The notes: a model not told the origin generated them from the letters alone. A stretch of 59,780 bases of DNA, filler included, from Neoconidiobolus thromboides FSU 785 (GCA_025603075.1; 7 parts of 7 records of this genome joined end to end with filler, not necessarily neighbours in it), one strand, 5' to 3'; shown: positions 24,577-37,648, counted from the whole stretch's first letter. A program made the numbers and translations.

Positions 24577-24902
24577 ATATAAAGCTTTATAGAAATTCTA
24601 TATTTTTGGTTTTTTTACTCTTTTAAATAAAAATATAAAATTTGTGTTTTGGCTTGGGTAAAATCAAAAGTATAATTTTCTAATTTACTTTTTTTTGTCT
24701 ATTTCCTATATAGCGTAAAATTTGAAATATTAAAACTAGATAAAAACACTACAATATAGATTATTTTAAAGAAGCAAAAACCAAAAAATCAAAAATTTTA
24801 TAGTACTTAGTAGTTAGTTCACGATTTTTATTAAATTTAAAATAGACAAAACAAACTAAATTTTCAAAAAATTAATATATAATAAACTTTATTAACGGTA
24901 GA

Positions 24903-24984
24903 GTCAATTTGGCCGAGCGGTCTAAGGCGTTGCACTTAAGATGCAATCTCGAGAGAGGCGTGGGTTCGAACCCCACAGTTGACA
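24903..24984 (+). tRNA. tRNA-Leu(UAA): tRNA-Leu (anticodon UAA)
   Basis: 82-nt cloverleaf: acceptor GTCAATT/AGTTGAC, D-arm GGCCGAGCGGTCTAAGGC, anticodon arm TTGCA-CTTAAGA-TGCAA, long variable arm, GGTTCGAAC T-loop, followed by a TTTT terminator. Confidence 0.97.
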
Positions 24985-25024
24985 TTTTATGATTGATTTT
25001 ATTTATCTATAAAATAGATTATAT

Positions 25025-25083
25025 GAGGATTTTTTATTTTATCACTTTTTTCATCTTTTAATTGCTGTTTGAGTAGAAAAATT
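25025..25083 (-). mobile_element. Partial MITE copy just downstream of tRNA-Leu
   Basis: One arm plus part of the core. Confidence 0.55.
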
Positions 25084-25590
25084 ATTAAATGGTTATTTAA
25101 AATTATGAATATAAAAGAGATTTTCATTAGTTATGTTAGAAGTTTGAATGTTCCTATTGTACATAAATTGATAACTACTTATTAAATAATAATAGTACCA
25201 GTTTATTAACTTTTAATTTTATCAATTTTCAGTGAATTAACTGAAAACTTACAGTAATTCTTGATAATTCAATAGATAAGCTGCAAATCGAATACTAGTC
25301 ACTTTCAAAAGTAACGATATAGTAGATTAGTATTTCACTTTATCTCAAATGAAGTATCATATCCCTTACATTATCATTTGAATAGGTACTAATGTTTATA
25401 AAAAAGGTTGAAAAGTTTATTCTCATTAGAGAACAAGTTTTACTCATGATTGAATAGTAGCCACCCAAATAATTATGCAGCATAATAAAATTGAGGATAA
25501 ATTCAGACTCAAGCATTTCATACCTAACTTTAAGTTTCGATTCATTGTCCAATAAGATAAACCTCATAATTTTATAGTAAAAAAGTATAT

Positions 25591-25686
25591 GGGGATGTTT
25601 TTTGTCTTTATTACTTTTTCCATTTTTAAGCACTATTTAAATGGAAAGATTATTAGCAAAATTCTTAAACGAAAAAATACATCCCC
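25591..25686 (-). mobile_element. ~98-bp MITE copy upstream of the GPCR
   Basis: ATAT/ATAT; GGGGATG...CATCCCC intact. Confidence 0.85.
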
Positions 25687-25961
25687 ATATACAATATTAA
25701 ATAGTTTTTAAACATCTGTGACTTTTAAATATTTTATTTTATTTTGTTTGTTATACACGTTATAAGCTAAGGGATACAATTTATTAGTCTTAAAAGTAAA
25801 AGAACAAAGGACCCCACAAGCCTTATTTGTATTATAGCACCATACCAATTATAGTATGCAAAGAATTATTAATAATTACTCCTAAAAAAATATTAACTAT
25901 AAATACCACATAATTCATTTGATTCTTTTTATTTTTTCTAAATTATTTAAATTGATTTTAA

Positions 25962-26861
25962 ATGCAAACATATATCGAAACGATTATTAGTATTATAATA
26001 TTTTCGTTAGAATTAATTGGGATTTTATTAAGCTTATTTTCTATTTTCTTAATCTATCAACAAGGTTATAAAACAATTGATATGTTATTAATTTCTACTA
26101 TGGGGATATGTGATATTGGATTGTTATTATTTACATTAGGTATATGGATTTATTCTAAAGTATATGGCGATTCCTTCTATTCAAACCCAATATTTGGTCA
26201 ACTTAATGGCTTATTTATATCTAGTTTAATAGTAGCATCTATGCTAAGTGTATGTTATTTAGCATTAGCAAGAAGTTGGATTTTAATATTTAAAATTAAA
26301 ATGAACAAATGGTTGTTTTTTATCGCTTATGTAACAACTATTTTATTGTTTATTACTCCGTTTATTTTATTAGCAATTAATTCAAAATATCAACTAATGC
26401 CATTTGGTGCTTACTATTTACCCTCCTTATTCAACTTAGATATCTATTCCAGACTAGCTTATTTTGTTATCTTTTCAGTTAATATAACTACTTTACTTAT
26501 TTTATTAATTAGTTATACTTTCTTAACTAGAAACTATTTTTCCAATGTAGATTCTAAAATTTGTCATGCATCTGGATTTTACAAAGATCATTTTTTATTA
26601 AAAGCAAAAAGAAGAAAAATACAAACATTAATTCGAATTATTATTGCATTATCACTTTATGTAGGAACTATTTTACCCCCTGCTGTAGTTTCTTTGAAAG
26701 AAATTGTTACAAATGAAGTGAGATCCAAAGAAGAAGATGTTACATTTTTAATTTCCTCTTGTTTGTTTGTAATTGTTAATCCATTATCATTGATTTTACT
26801 TCATGAAGATTCTTCAAAATTAGCAATTAATTATTTTTATAAATTAATTAGGAAGAAATAA
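25962..26861 (+). CDS. Seven-transmembrane receptor, rhodopsin-like (class A-like) GPCR, intronless
   Basis: 299 aa with seven hydrophobic segments. TM2 Asp (MGICD), TM3 end LALARS at the DRY position, basic third intracellular loop, TM7 VNPL at the NPxxY position. Confidence 0.8.
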   Translation: MQTYIETIISIIIFSLELIGILLSLFSIFLIYQQGYKTIDMLLISTMGICDIGLLLFTLGIWIYSKVYGDSFYSNPIFGQLNGLFISSLIVASMLSVCYLALARSWILIFKIKMNKWLFFIAYVTTILLFITPFILLAINSKYQLMPFGAYYLPSLFNLDIYSRLAYFVIFSVNITTLLILLISYTFLTRNYFSNVDSKICHASGFYKDHFLLKAKRRKIQTLIRIIIALSLYVGTILPPAVVSLKEIVTNEVRSKEEDVTFLISSCLFVIVNPLSLILLHEDSSKLAINYFYKLIRKK

Positions 26862-27150
26862 GAAAGTGGAAGGCTTTAATTGAAATTAATATTAATATTA
26901 TAATAATTGATTTATTTTTTATTTTTCATTTTTTTCGTTATTGTTAGTATCGTTTGATGTTTAGTGTTTGAATGTAATTAAAAGAATTTATTAATTTTTA
27001 ATTTTTATTATCTATTGATACTATCACTTATTGGAATTTTATTTATATATTATTTATTCTTAATTGTTGGAACACTTTTAATTGAAATTAAAATAATGAC
27101 ACACAAAAGAATAAAATTATAAAAAAATAGCTAAATATTCTTTTTAATAT

Positions 27151-27245
27151 GGGAATGTATTTTTTTGTTTAAGAGTTCTAACAATTTTCCGCTCAAATGG
27201 CGCTTAAAAAACAAAAAAAGTGATAAAGCCAAAAAAAACAACCTC
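27151..27245 (+). mobile_element. ~98-bp MITE copy
   Basis: Conserved core; flanks ATAT/ATGT. Confidence 0.75.
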
Positions 27246-27516
27246 ATGTTTTAATATTTAATTCTTCTATTAAATTTTAAGTTAAACTCACTTTTGATAA
27301 AGATAAATTATTAATCTAAAATCAGAAAAACAGATATTAAAATTACGTTCTCTAATTTAAAAATTTAATAATAAAAAGTAATATAAAAATTGAAATTTAT
27401 TGAAACAATACCAACAAACTCTTTTATGAAAACTAAAATAAGTCCATGCTAATAATTCATTTTTATAATAGAACGTAAAAAGTTTCTGGTACATAATTCA
27501 CAATAAAAAGTGCATT

Positions 27517-29955
27517 TTAAGCCACTAAAAAGATTTGTTAACTTTAATTTTCATTCAAAAGTATTTTAAAAAACTTACCAGTTAATGCTTGAGCAGCATA
27601 AAATTGAACATCTCGATCTGAGTCCTTACTTAATTTTTCTAATGTACTTTTGATTTCAACTAGAATTTCACTAACATCTTCTTGACAATTAGAAATTACA
27701 TTTAAAATGGCTTTTAATGATTTAGCTGCATTAAATCGAATATTTGGAATGGGATCATTGGCCAATTGAAATACTACTGGTAATATCATTTCTTTAACTA
27801 CTTCTAAATTTAAAGAGGGAGAAATAATCTATAAAAATGAACACAATTAATTAATATAATCTTACTTGAATTTGAATTAAAAATAAACTTACAGTTATAG
27901 CAAAAATAGTAGTCATACGATAGAGATGATTAGGGTGAGTAGACATATTAAGTATTTTTGGTAAAATACTATTTTTAGCCCATTCTACACCAAAAGCTTC
28001 AGTAAGTTTACGTAAATTAACAATAGCAGCTTCACGAATAGAATAAACAGAATCTCCTAACCAAGACATACATAAGTTGCCTAACTTTTCATTGAAAAAT
28101 TCTTCTCCGAGTTGATTAGCTAATAATGGAATATATTCAATTATTGCTAAACGTACTCGCCATTGCTTATCTTCTGCTAATTCTACAATAGCTGGTAATA
28201 AAGATTGGGATAAAAGATCAACACCAATAACTAATTAATATTCATTATTATTATGCTTTATGTTTTATATTTGAATTTACTCTTATTAACTTGCTCTAAA
28301 CGAGATATAATATTCAACCTAACATCTGGAAACTCATCTTTAAGTAATCGTAAAAATAAAGGTAAAAGTCGTTCAATAGTTCTAAGAAATTAAACAATTA
28401 ACATTAAAAACAATAAATAAATTAAAAATTTACAAATCTTTTTCAAGGATAGGAGCTAATCCAGATATATTACTAGCTAAAGAAGCACGTACGTGTTGAG
28501 ATGTATCCACTGTAAGTGTTTGTAATATTGGTAATACATGATCAATAATTTTTTCAGTACCAATGATTTCACCAAATCCTATAGAAATATCTAATTAGTT
28601 CTATTTTTAAGTATTACAACATGAACCTACCGGCAATTTGACCAGTAATAGAAACTCTAACTTCAGCTTCTTTATCACTTAATAAGGAGCAAAAAGTAGG
28701 TAATAAATCTTCAAATACTATTTTATTTGGAACTGATTTTGCTAACTTTATAAATTATCTAATAAAACAATTCATTTTTTATAAAATAAAAATTAAACTT
28801 ACTTTTACAAAATGTTCTGATACCATATAGCGTACTCTCCATGATTTATCATTACATAAAGCTTGAATAGCTTTCCTTAAATGATTATGAATATCTTCTT
28901 CATCTAATTTACCACATATGGCAACTAAAGGTTCTACTGTTAATAATTTGACAGAATCCTGAAATAAAAATGATTGTTGTTATTATAATGTTAGTAAAGA
29001 TATTAAACTAAATCTACTTGATCATCGTTAAGAAGACGATTAAATTGTGGTAAAATATCCGGTATAATATGTTCAGTATCAACAAATTCAATCAAAGACT
29101 ATAAAACAACAGAAATCAATATCCTTATCTTAAATTATATAATAGAATAACTTACAGAAAAATGAGTACCAGCAGCACGACGAACCATAGGAGTTTCATC
29201 ATTACAAAGAGCACCATAAAGCCTAATATATAAAAAAAACACATTAATAAACATTCAAAAAATTCCTTATCAAATCAGACTTACTTTCTCAATTCAGGTT
29301 TAAAATCATTACCACACTTACTATAAGCTTTAGAAAACAAACCTGCACTACTAGTTTTATTAGTAAACCAATTACCATTAGCTAATCGACGAATAACGGG
29401 TATAAAATAATCTTCAATTTGTTTTCCAGATAATACGTCACCAATTTTATTTAAGGATTCTACGGCCTATTTATTTATTTCATTAAACATCACTATCTAT
29501 GATAAAATGAAAATATATTAGAATTACTTTACTACGCACTGCAGTTTCTTCAACAATAGCTAAATTTTCTAATGGTTGTAAGATAAGATGAGCGTTATCG
29601 TTACCCCCTACTAAAGGTACAAACTCGCCTAATTCTTCAGCTAAAATAGATAATAACTCATCTTCATCATCGATACTTTCTATATAAAATCAATCAATTA
29701 ATATAACTCTCTTACATTCTTTTCATATTTGAATTGAAATCATAATCGCCACTTACCATCCAAAAAAGGTAATAACTCCGTACGTGTACGTTCCGGTCCT
29801 AAAGCTAATGCAATAGTAGAAATCCGACGTATGGCATTGATACGTAAACTGATATCTTCATGTTTTAACTCATCAATTAAAACAGCAATGGGGTATAAAT
29901 TTTCATCCGTTTCAGTTGGAGTTGGGGTCCCAGCAGTAGTTACTTCAGGATTCAT
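27517..29955 (-). CDS. TPD3: Protein phosphatase 2A scaffold (A) subunit, HEAT repeats, multi-exon
   Basis: [48 protein letters not shown]; [13 protein letters not shown]; [14 protein letters not shown]; DRDVQFYA. The last micro-exon was inferred from GT-AG sites. Confidence 0.95.
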
Positions 29956-30846
29956 TTTGCTTCTTTCTTTCTTCTTTAAAATAAACAAGAGTTAAACAAT
30001 GTAGTTATGATTTGTAATTTGTACTATTTGGATTTAGATTTGGATTATAAATAATTTTTGTGGAGTAAATACCTTTTTTTAAAAAATAAAAAAACTTTGT
30101 TATTTACAAAAAAAGTTGGTCAATTTTAAACATTTGTTAGTTAATTTTGCTGTTTAGAATTTAGCTTAATCTTTCTAAGCCAATCAAGGCTGTGTTTGAA
30201 ATTCCTCTTTTTTTGGTTGATGATTTTTCAATTATAATAGATCATCTCTTTTGATTGGTTTATTTCCTATTTAAATGCATTGGTTAATGGAAAAGGAGTG
30301 GATAGCTAGTTGCTATTATTGAATTAAAAGTTTAATCTGATTGTGTTTTATTAATAAGATTTACAACTCCTTAATAGCAATTAAAAACTAGTGAGGCGAT
30401 GGGTACGGATATTTTAAAGATTGATTTAAATTTCAAATAAAATAATTTTTTTATTATAATCGGAAGTGAAAATAAATGAAAATATCATGAATAGTTAAAC
30501 TAAAAAGTCATTATTTGCTAATTATTTTATGTTATTTTATTAATAATATTTATAATATTCATAACTCTTTTAACTCTTACCAAATCAGGCTAATTAGCCA
30601 TTCAGTTTTTACCACTATCGCAGCAAAGTTGATAGAATGATGAAAAATTTTATTTTATTTTATTTTATTTTATTCTTTATCATTTTTAAATCACATTTAT
30701 TTTTCATTTTAAATTTACTTTAGAAAAAAAACGTCATAATTTCCATCCATACTCAATATATTAAAACACACCTTTTTCAACCTTCAACTTTTCAAAATAC
30801 ACACTCGCACTCTTACCAATCTCTTGACTTTTAGATCAAATCAATT

Positions 30847-33018
30847 ATGTTATTACATCAACTGAAGATGAATCAATATTCACAATTAAATAAAAGAATA
30901 TATACAAATATTATACACTCATCACATAAAAATAAGCTTAATTTGAATTTCATAAACAATAATAAATTTCATTTGAAAAGAACAAATAATTTTAAAAATG
31001 GATATAAAAGCAATAATCATTCATTCAACAATAATATTTCTTTAATAATAAAAAGAAGTTTATTAACTACTGGTGGATTAATTTTAAATTTACAACAAGA
31101 TTCTGAACCTTTACCTGACCTTATTACTATAAAAAAACTCGAATCAACGAACATAATAATTCAATTATGGAATGAATTTATAATATTATTAGATCAATGG
31201 ATAATTGAACCTATTAAAGTATCCTTTCGATTTTTATATTTAACTTATACATTTCTGCCTTTAATATTAACTTTTCCAATTGTTTATTATGGCGATAGAG
31301 TTATAGAAAAAGAAAATGAAACTATGGGTAGTTTATGGTGGTTTAATTTATTAAGACAATGTTTAGAAAAAGGAGGTCCTACTTTCATTAAAGTAAGTTT
31401 TATATTAATTTCAATCGAAAATACTAATAATTAAATATTTCATTTTCTTATTTTTTTAGTTAGGTCAATGGGCAGCATCAAGAACCGATATCTTTCCAAA
31501 ACAATTGTGTTTTATATTAGCTCAATTACAAACCTTTGCTAAACCCCATTCTTTAGAAGATACTCGTAAAATTATATTTGAAACATATGGTTTGCCGATT
31601 GAAGATTTATTTATTGATTTTGAACCAGAACCTATTGGCGTTGGAGCAATTGCACAGGTAATATATATATACATAAAGGATTTATTAATAATATATTGTA
31701 TTAGGTTTATAGAGCTAAACCAAAAACAAATTTTTCACCAATAGTAAAAAAAGATTCATTTGAATCTGAATTAGCTATAAAAGAATTAGAACTGAATAAA
31801 CCCAATCCAGATTACGTAGCCATTAAAGTATTGCATCCCAATATCGATAAATTAATAAGAAGAGATTTATTAATAATGGATTTTGGTGCTAAATTAATAT
31901 CAATAATACCTCATTTTCAATGGTTATCTTTAAGAGAAGAAGTAGCCACTTTTGGTTTAATGATGCAAGACCAATTGGATTTACGTAAAGAAGCCGAGAA
32001 TCTATTGAGATTTCGAGATAATTTCAAAGATCGATATTCAATTAAATTTCCCCGTCCACTTGTTTTATGGACTTCTAAAAAAGTATTAGTAGAATTGTTT
32101 GAATTTGCTGTTCCAATGAGCTATTTTTTACAAGCAAAAAAAGCGACTCCATTTGATTTGAATATTTCAGCTATTGGATTAGATGCTTTTTTACATATGT
32201 TAATCTTCGATAATTTTATTCATGCCGACTTACATGCAGGTAATTTATTGGTAAGATTTTATCGACCTACAGCAGCATCCTTGTTAGACAAAATAATATC
32301 GCGAGTATTTAATTATCCAACAACAAATGAATCGGATGAAATTACTAAAATGTTATTAAATCAAAAAACAAGTAGTGAAGAATTTGATTCTGCAATTGAT
32401 AAATTATATAATCAAGGTTATTATCCACAATTAGTTTTTCTAGATGCTGGTTTAGTAACCACTTTAGATGAACAAAATCGTATAAACTTTTTAGATTTGT
32501 TTAAAGCGGTAGCAGAATTTGATGGCTATAAAGCAGGTCAATTGATGGTTGAAAGAAGTCGTAATCCTTCTAGTGTTATCGATGGTGATATCTTTGCTTT
32601 GAAAATGCAACATTTAGTATTAGATATACGTAAAAAAACATTTCAGTTGTCTAAAGTTAATATTTCAGATATATTATCAAGAGTTATGACCATGGTACGC
32701 GAACATCAAGTTAAATTAGAGGGTGATTTTATTAATGTAGTAATAAGTATCTTAATTTTAGAAGGTATTGGTAGAAGTTTAAATCCAGAATTAGACCTTT
32801 TTAAAATGGCATTACCTGTATTAAGAGATTTAGGTATGACTAATAGAGGTGAAAATGCATTAAAAAGTTTACCAGGTGGTGGTGGTAGTACCTCTTGGTG
32901 GTTAAAATTATGGTTTCAAATGGAAGCGAGACAGGTATTAAGTGGGATGGCTACGGATGGGGATGATGTTATGAAAGACTTTTTTGGGGAGTTTAAACCT
33001 ATTTATTTAGATTTATAA
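30847..33018 (+). CDS. ABC1/UbiB (ADCK) atypical kinase, ADCK2/Cqd1-like, probably mitochondrial; 3 exons
   Basis: GGPTFIK-LGQWAASRTDIFP across intron 1, GVGAIAQV, VAIKVLHP, HADLHAGN, FLDAGL. Introns at about 31393-31459 and 31658-31704. Confidence 0.92.
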
Positions 33019-33145
33019 AAATAAATAAAAGGAAAAACGTTAAATAGAATGGAAATTTTTTTAAACTAAATTTTTTTTTGAGTTTTAAATTAAAATTTAT
33101 ATTTTACTTTTTTTAATCTTTTCTTATTTTACTATTATTCAAATT

Positions 33146-33661
33146 ATGAACTGTAATCCACCAACTCAAACTCAAAATTTAACCCCATATTTTTGTGTAT
33201 GTGGGGCTTTTTGTTTAGCTTTAGGTAATTCTATATTGTTCCACATAATCTCATCCTTTTAACTTATCAAAACAACTTAAATAAAGATAGAAAATTAGAT
33301 TCCTTACCTCAACGCAAGATTGAGAACAGTTATATTATAGATACAGAAAAAGTGAATTTTGAATCCAAGTTTGAATTAGGTCAACAGATTGCTCTAAAAA
33401 GGTAAGAAAAAAGCTTCAATAGCATTATTTATCATTTATGTTTTTAATATCTTTATTATTATTATGTATTCCATTGATAATTTATTTTAATCTCAATTTT
33501 TCTAATCTAGAGATGAAGGCATTGAATTACAATTTCGTTATCAATGTGATAATTGTGGATTATGGATAGGTTATCATTGTGATATTGAATTAAAGAAAAA
33601 AGAAGAACCTAAGTTTATTTACTTATATAAGGATGGGTTAATAGAAAAAATAATGGAATAA
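33146..33661 (+). CDS. STEEP1: STEEP1/CXorf56 (UPF0428)-like small zinc-binding protein, 3 exons (absent from ORF track)
   Basis: Spliced translation ...PYFCVCGAFCLALDRKLDSLPQRKIENSYIID...LKRDEGIELQFRYQCDNCGLWIGY...FIYLYKDGLIE matches the family pattern YYCxCG...LxxLPxR...ID...RxEGIExQYRxxCxxCGL. Confidence 0.82.
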
Positions 33662-34160
33662 ATAAGAGGATTTTGAATTGTTTCAGCTGGTTTGTAGGAT
33701 TTTAATAAAAAGTAAATTTGTTTATGATCAAATATATATTTATATTGGTGTATGTTAGTAGTAATAGTAGGTGATATGGATTAATAAATAGAAATGGTAT
33801 TCAATTAAGATTAAAAATTAGTTTTTTTTGGGAGGATTTCATATTTACAATAATAATCCATCCAGTTAAAATCTTTGTTTTATAAATTAAATTATGTTTT
33901 CATATTGAAGTATTCACATAATTTAACATAATTAGTCTCTATTTCTACTTTGTTTATAATTCATATTACTATCTAATTAGTCGATTATACATTAAAATGA
34001 TTTAAAATAATAATAAATTCTTTGATTCAATAGTTACGTCATTTCGAAAAATCAACTATATTTTATTAGAATTTAAATTCTATAATAAAATTCAAAAAAA
34101 TTTAGAGTTAAGAGTTGAGTATTTGGTAAAAGAGAAAAGAATATTAGAAATAGAATAGAA

Positions 34161-36431
34161 TTAGCAAAAGAAATAACTTTTGTTGACCAGAGCAGGGAAA
34201 GGGGAATCAGCATGAGTAATTTTAATAGTGTAAATAACTTCAGAAGATAATGGAAAATCAAATGACCAAATTAAGACTTGGTAAAGTGGTTGATCAACTG
34301 TATAACCATCATATAAATTATTATTATTATTATCTCCTTTAGTATTTGGATTCATTGCTGCTAAATTTAATTCCCAATGACCTTCATTAATTTGAACATT
34401 TAATTGAGTTGCAGGTGGGAAATGATGAACTGGTAAAAATAATTCACATTTATTGATCATTTTATCATTTAAATTGTCATTAATACTATTTTCAAAACCT
34501 TTGAAACTATAAGTATAATAAGGTACCCCTGACTTATTATCTTTAGCTAATATAAATTGATGAGATAATGGTATACCCGGTGTAAATAAAGCATAAGGTC
34601 GAATAGCAGCTTCTAATGCTCTACCACCTTTATCTAATGGAATAGTATATAAATTAAATTGATTAATATCAAATTCATGTTGATTTTTGCAATCTTTAGA
34701 ATAAATCGATAAATCTTCCCGATTCCATAAATCTCCTTCTAAGTGATTATTATCAATACAATAATTCCATAACGTACACATACCACCAATCTGCTCTGTT
34801 GCATTTAAAGTAGCATCTAATGCATCAATTTGTTCTTTATAATCTCCATTTTTAAAGGCATTAGAATTGATCATATTAAATGGTATACCACATTCACCAA
34901 TTAATAAAGGTGCATTAGGAAATGCTAATTTACCTTCATTTGCTATCATTTCAATCATTTCTTCAAAACATTTACGTACATCTTTACGTCCTAATTTTAA
35001 AGCTTGCCCAATGAACCAGTATTTTCCTCTAATAAATCCCAAATAATCAAATGTCCACCAATCAAATTTTAATGTTACTAAAGTTTTTCCATCATACCAG
35101 TGTGGGGAATATACAATATTCTCTATAGGATCTCCTTCTTCTTTTGTAAATTTAGGTGGTACTGCATTGACAGGTGGTTCAATAAAGATAATAATATCAG
35201 GTTGAATTGTCCTTACATAGGATGTAATTTTTCTTACAAATGGTTTCCAAAAATCTTTTAAATAGTTATATTTGTTACCATTAATAGGATCAATTGAAAA
35301 ATAATTAGGTAATAATGCTTTTTTAGTTCCTCTATCCCAAACTCCATGCATATGCCAAATACACTGTCCTTCTTTTTGCCATGGCTGCCAAGGTGGGAAA
35401 AACAAATTAGGTAATATACTCTCTCCTTCTTTTAACCATACATTTTCTCCTTTTGGATCAACTCTTACTGTACCTTCTTTAACAAATCCAAATGTACTTA
35501 AACTATATTTAGCTACTTCAACTGAATTGCCTTCACCTAATAAAAAACTTTCTAATACTGTAGGTGTTGGCCCATTTCTTGTTGATGTCATTGATATTAA
35601 AGGTAACTTTGTAATATCTTCTGTTTCAATAAAACCTTCAGATGGTTCATTTAATGTATCGATACCCAATACAACACTATTTAATAAACCTTCTTTGTAT
35701 ATTTTTGAAAATAAATATTGATAAGCTAAACAGTATTTATCTTGTAAATAAGTTTGTATATTAACTAATTGATTTAATTTTTCATCATATATTGTACATT
35801 TAGGGGCTAATTTTTCACCAGCAAAAAATAAAGTAAACATAGTAGCTGTAGCTAATCTACCATAGTTAGTTGGCCAAGTCATAATAGGATATTCCAATGG
35901 AGGGTCATGTTCAAACATAGTGACAGCTGAAATAGTTTGTTTAAATTTTCTTGGATCTAAACCAGCTAGATATAAAGTCCAATTAGGCATCCCACTACCA
36001 CCACATAATCTAGACCAAGTATCTTGATGAGGATCAATTAAACATTTTAAACCAAATTTTTTAAATAAAAATAATAATTTAATAATATAATTCATTTGAT
36101 TTTCATCGTATTTACCAGGTCCTTGATGTTCAATACTTTCCCAAGGTACTAGTAAACGTAAAAAATTAAATCCCCAATAACGTAATCTTAAACAATGTTC
36201 TTCTGCTTCTGCTAGAGGTAATGGTTTTCCTATAAAACTTAAATTATCAATGTCATATGCATCAATTCCGTTTGAGGTTGTCCAATTTACTGGTAATTTA
36301 CTATTACCACCTAAGTTGATTCCTCGAAAACCTACTGTTCGATGACTAATAATATCTTTAAACCAACCACCTTCAATTTTAACTTTATTATTTTCAAATG
36401 GACCATTAATGCCTTCTGTTGCTTGTTTCAT
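34161..36431 (-). CDS. Glycoside hydrolase family 5, endoglycoceramidase-related (EGCrP / steryl-beta-glucosidase type), intronless
   Basis: 756-aa ORF with FRGINLGG, RLLVPWESIEH, DPHQDTWSR, catalytic acid/base in TLNEP, HWYD and nucleophile in IGECGIP. Confidence 0.92.
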   Translation of the reverse strand: MKQATEGINGPFENNKVKIEGGWFKDIISHRTVGFRGINLGGNSKLPVNWTTSNGIDAYDIDNLSFIGKPLPLAEAEEHCLRLRYWGFNFLRLLVPWESIEHQGPGKYDENQMNYIIKLLFLFKKFGLKCLIDPHQDTWSRLCGGSGMPNWTLYLAGLDPRKFKQTISAVTMFEHDPPLEYPIMTWPTNYGRLATATMFTLFFAGEKLAPKCTIYDEKLNQLVNIQTYLQDKYCLAYQYLFSKIYKEGLLNSVVLGIDTLNEPSEGFIETEDITKLPLISMTSTRNGPTPTVLESFLLGEGNSVEVAKYSLSTFGFVKEGTVRVDPKGENVWLKEGESILPNLFFPPWQPWQKEGQCIWHMHGVWDRGTKKALLPNYFSIDPINGNKYNYLKDFWKPFVRKITSYVRTIQPDIIIFIEPPVNAVPPKFTKEEGDPIENIVYSPHWYDGKTLVTLKFDWWTFDYLGFIRGKYWFIGQALKLGRKDVRKCFEEMIEMIANEGKLAFPNAPLLIGECGIPFNMINSNAFKNGDYKEQIDALDATLNATEQIGGMCTLWNYCIDNNHLEGDLWNREDLSIYSKDCKNQHEFDINQFNLYTIPLDKGGRALEAAIRPYALFTPGIPLSHQFILAKDNKSGVPYYTYSFKGFENSINDNLNDKMINKCELFLPVHHFPPATQLNVQINEGHWELNLAAMNPNTKGDNNNNNLYDGYTVDQPLYQVLIWSFDFPLSSEVIYTIKITHADSPFPALVNKSYFFC

Positions 36432-37648
36432 ATTCTTTTTCTGTATTTATTGTTATGTAAATGTACTATAAAATGAAAAATATAGAAGAGAAAAAAGAAG
36501 ATAAGGATTCGAATAGTAAAATAATAACAAAAGTGGAAAACCTTAATATTTATATTTATGAAGACTCAGTTTTGGTGGTGGTTAAAGCTAATGTGGTTTG
36601 CTTAAATAAACCAATGATCTAAATTGACCTTTTAACTAAGTTTATTTTTATTAGCTATCCTTTCTTAGTAATAAATAGTGATAATTATTAAAATAAGCCA
36701 CCAAAATAATCTCACTTTGATTTATTTTAAGTTTAGGCTAAACTTGAAAATTGTATATTTTAAAAGTAAAATTGTTTATAAGAGCCATAATAGAAAGTCT
36801 TAATAAATTTATATGTGAATATTTATTTTATAAATGCTTAAGATGACTATCACTTTAATAATTTATAATTTATAATTTATAAATTAATATTAATATTTCA
36901 AAAAAAAAGCTTGGCTAATTTCATCATTTTTAAAATATGCATAATTCCTAATTTATAGTAGCTACAACTCTTTTGTGATTTTATAGTATTAATTTTTATA
37001 AATAAATCTTTATATGGCAAATTTTTTAATGCCCGAGTATATACACTTAATATAATATAACGCTGATTTATTTTTTAAATGATCAACAAAATAATTCACC
37101 AAAGAGCTGTAACGGTCATAACTTTGAAAAAGTTCTTATTCTGGAGAATAATAGTAATAAAAGAATTATTCTTTTTATTCTATAATTTAAAAGCTTATTT
37201 TATTTTTCAAATAAATAATAAGACTTGGTTTTTTAAATAATAAAACACTTGTTTTTTGTGTAAAACTTTCTATAATATTATTATTAATTGTTACTTGTAA
37301 CGACAATAGAAAAACCCTTTTCCATATTTTTAACAGTGGTTTATAGAAAATATTATTATTTCACTTTACCCATGGCTTATTCATATGACTTTATATAAAA
37401 AGTAACAGGTGGTCATTGTCCTTATAATTTTTTTCAAAAGAACTAAGGTTTCTACATCAAACCATATAGCAAAAAAACATCATTTCAATACAAAAAAAGA
37501 AAAATTTATCTATGTCTTATTGATTCAGTTAATCATTTCATCTTACAACAGTTGACTAAAAAAGTTACTATAAATGGAGAAGTTTAAAGCTTGATTTAAA
37601 ATTAAAAATAAAATTTTACAATTCACTTTTTTATCTATTTCCTTATTT

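Noticed and set aside
34073-35721. Small ORFs overlapping real genes (34073, 35527, 41723, 42954, 52007, 58371) and isolated ones (19166, 58890)
   Set aside because: Alternative-frame or antisense shadows, or short ORFs with no recognisable features.
34161-36431. Intronless GH5 gene as a horizontal-transfer candidate
   Set aside because: EGCrP-type GH5 enzymes are widespread in fungi, and codon usage matches neighbouring genes.
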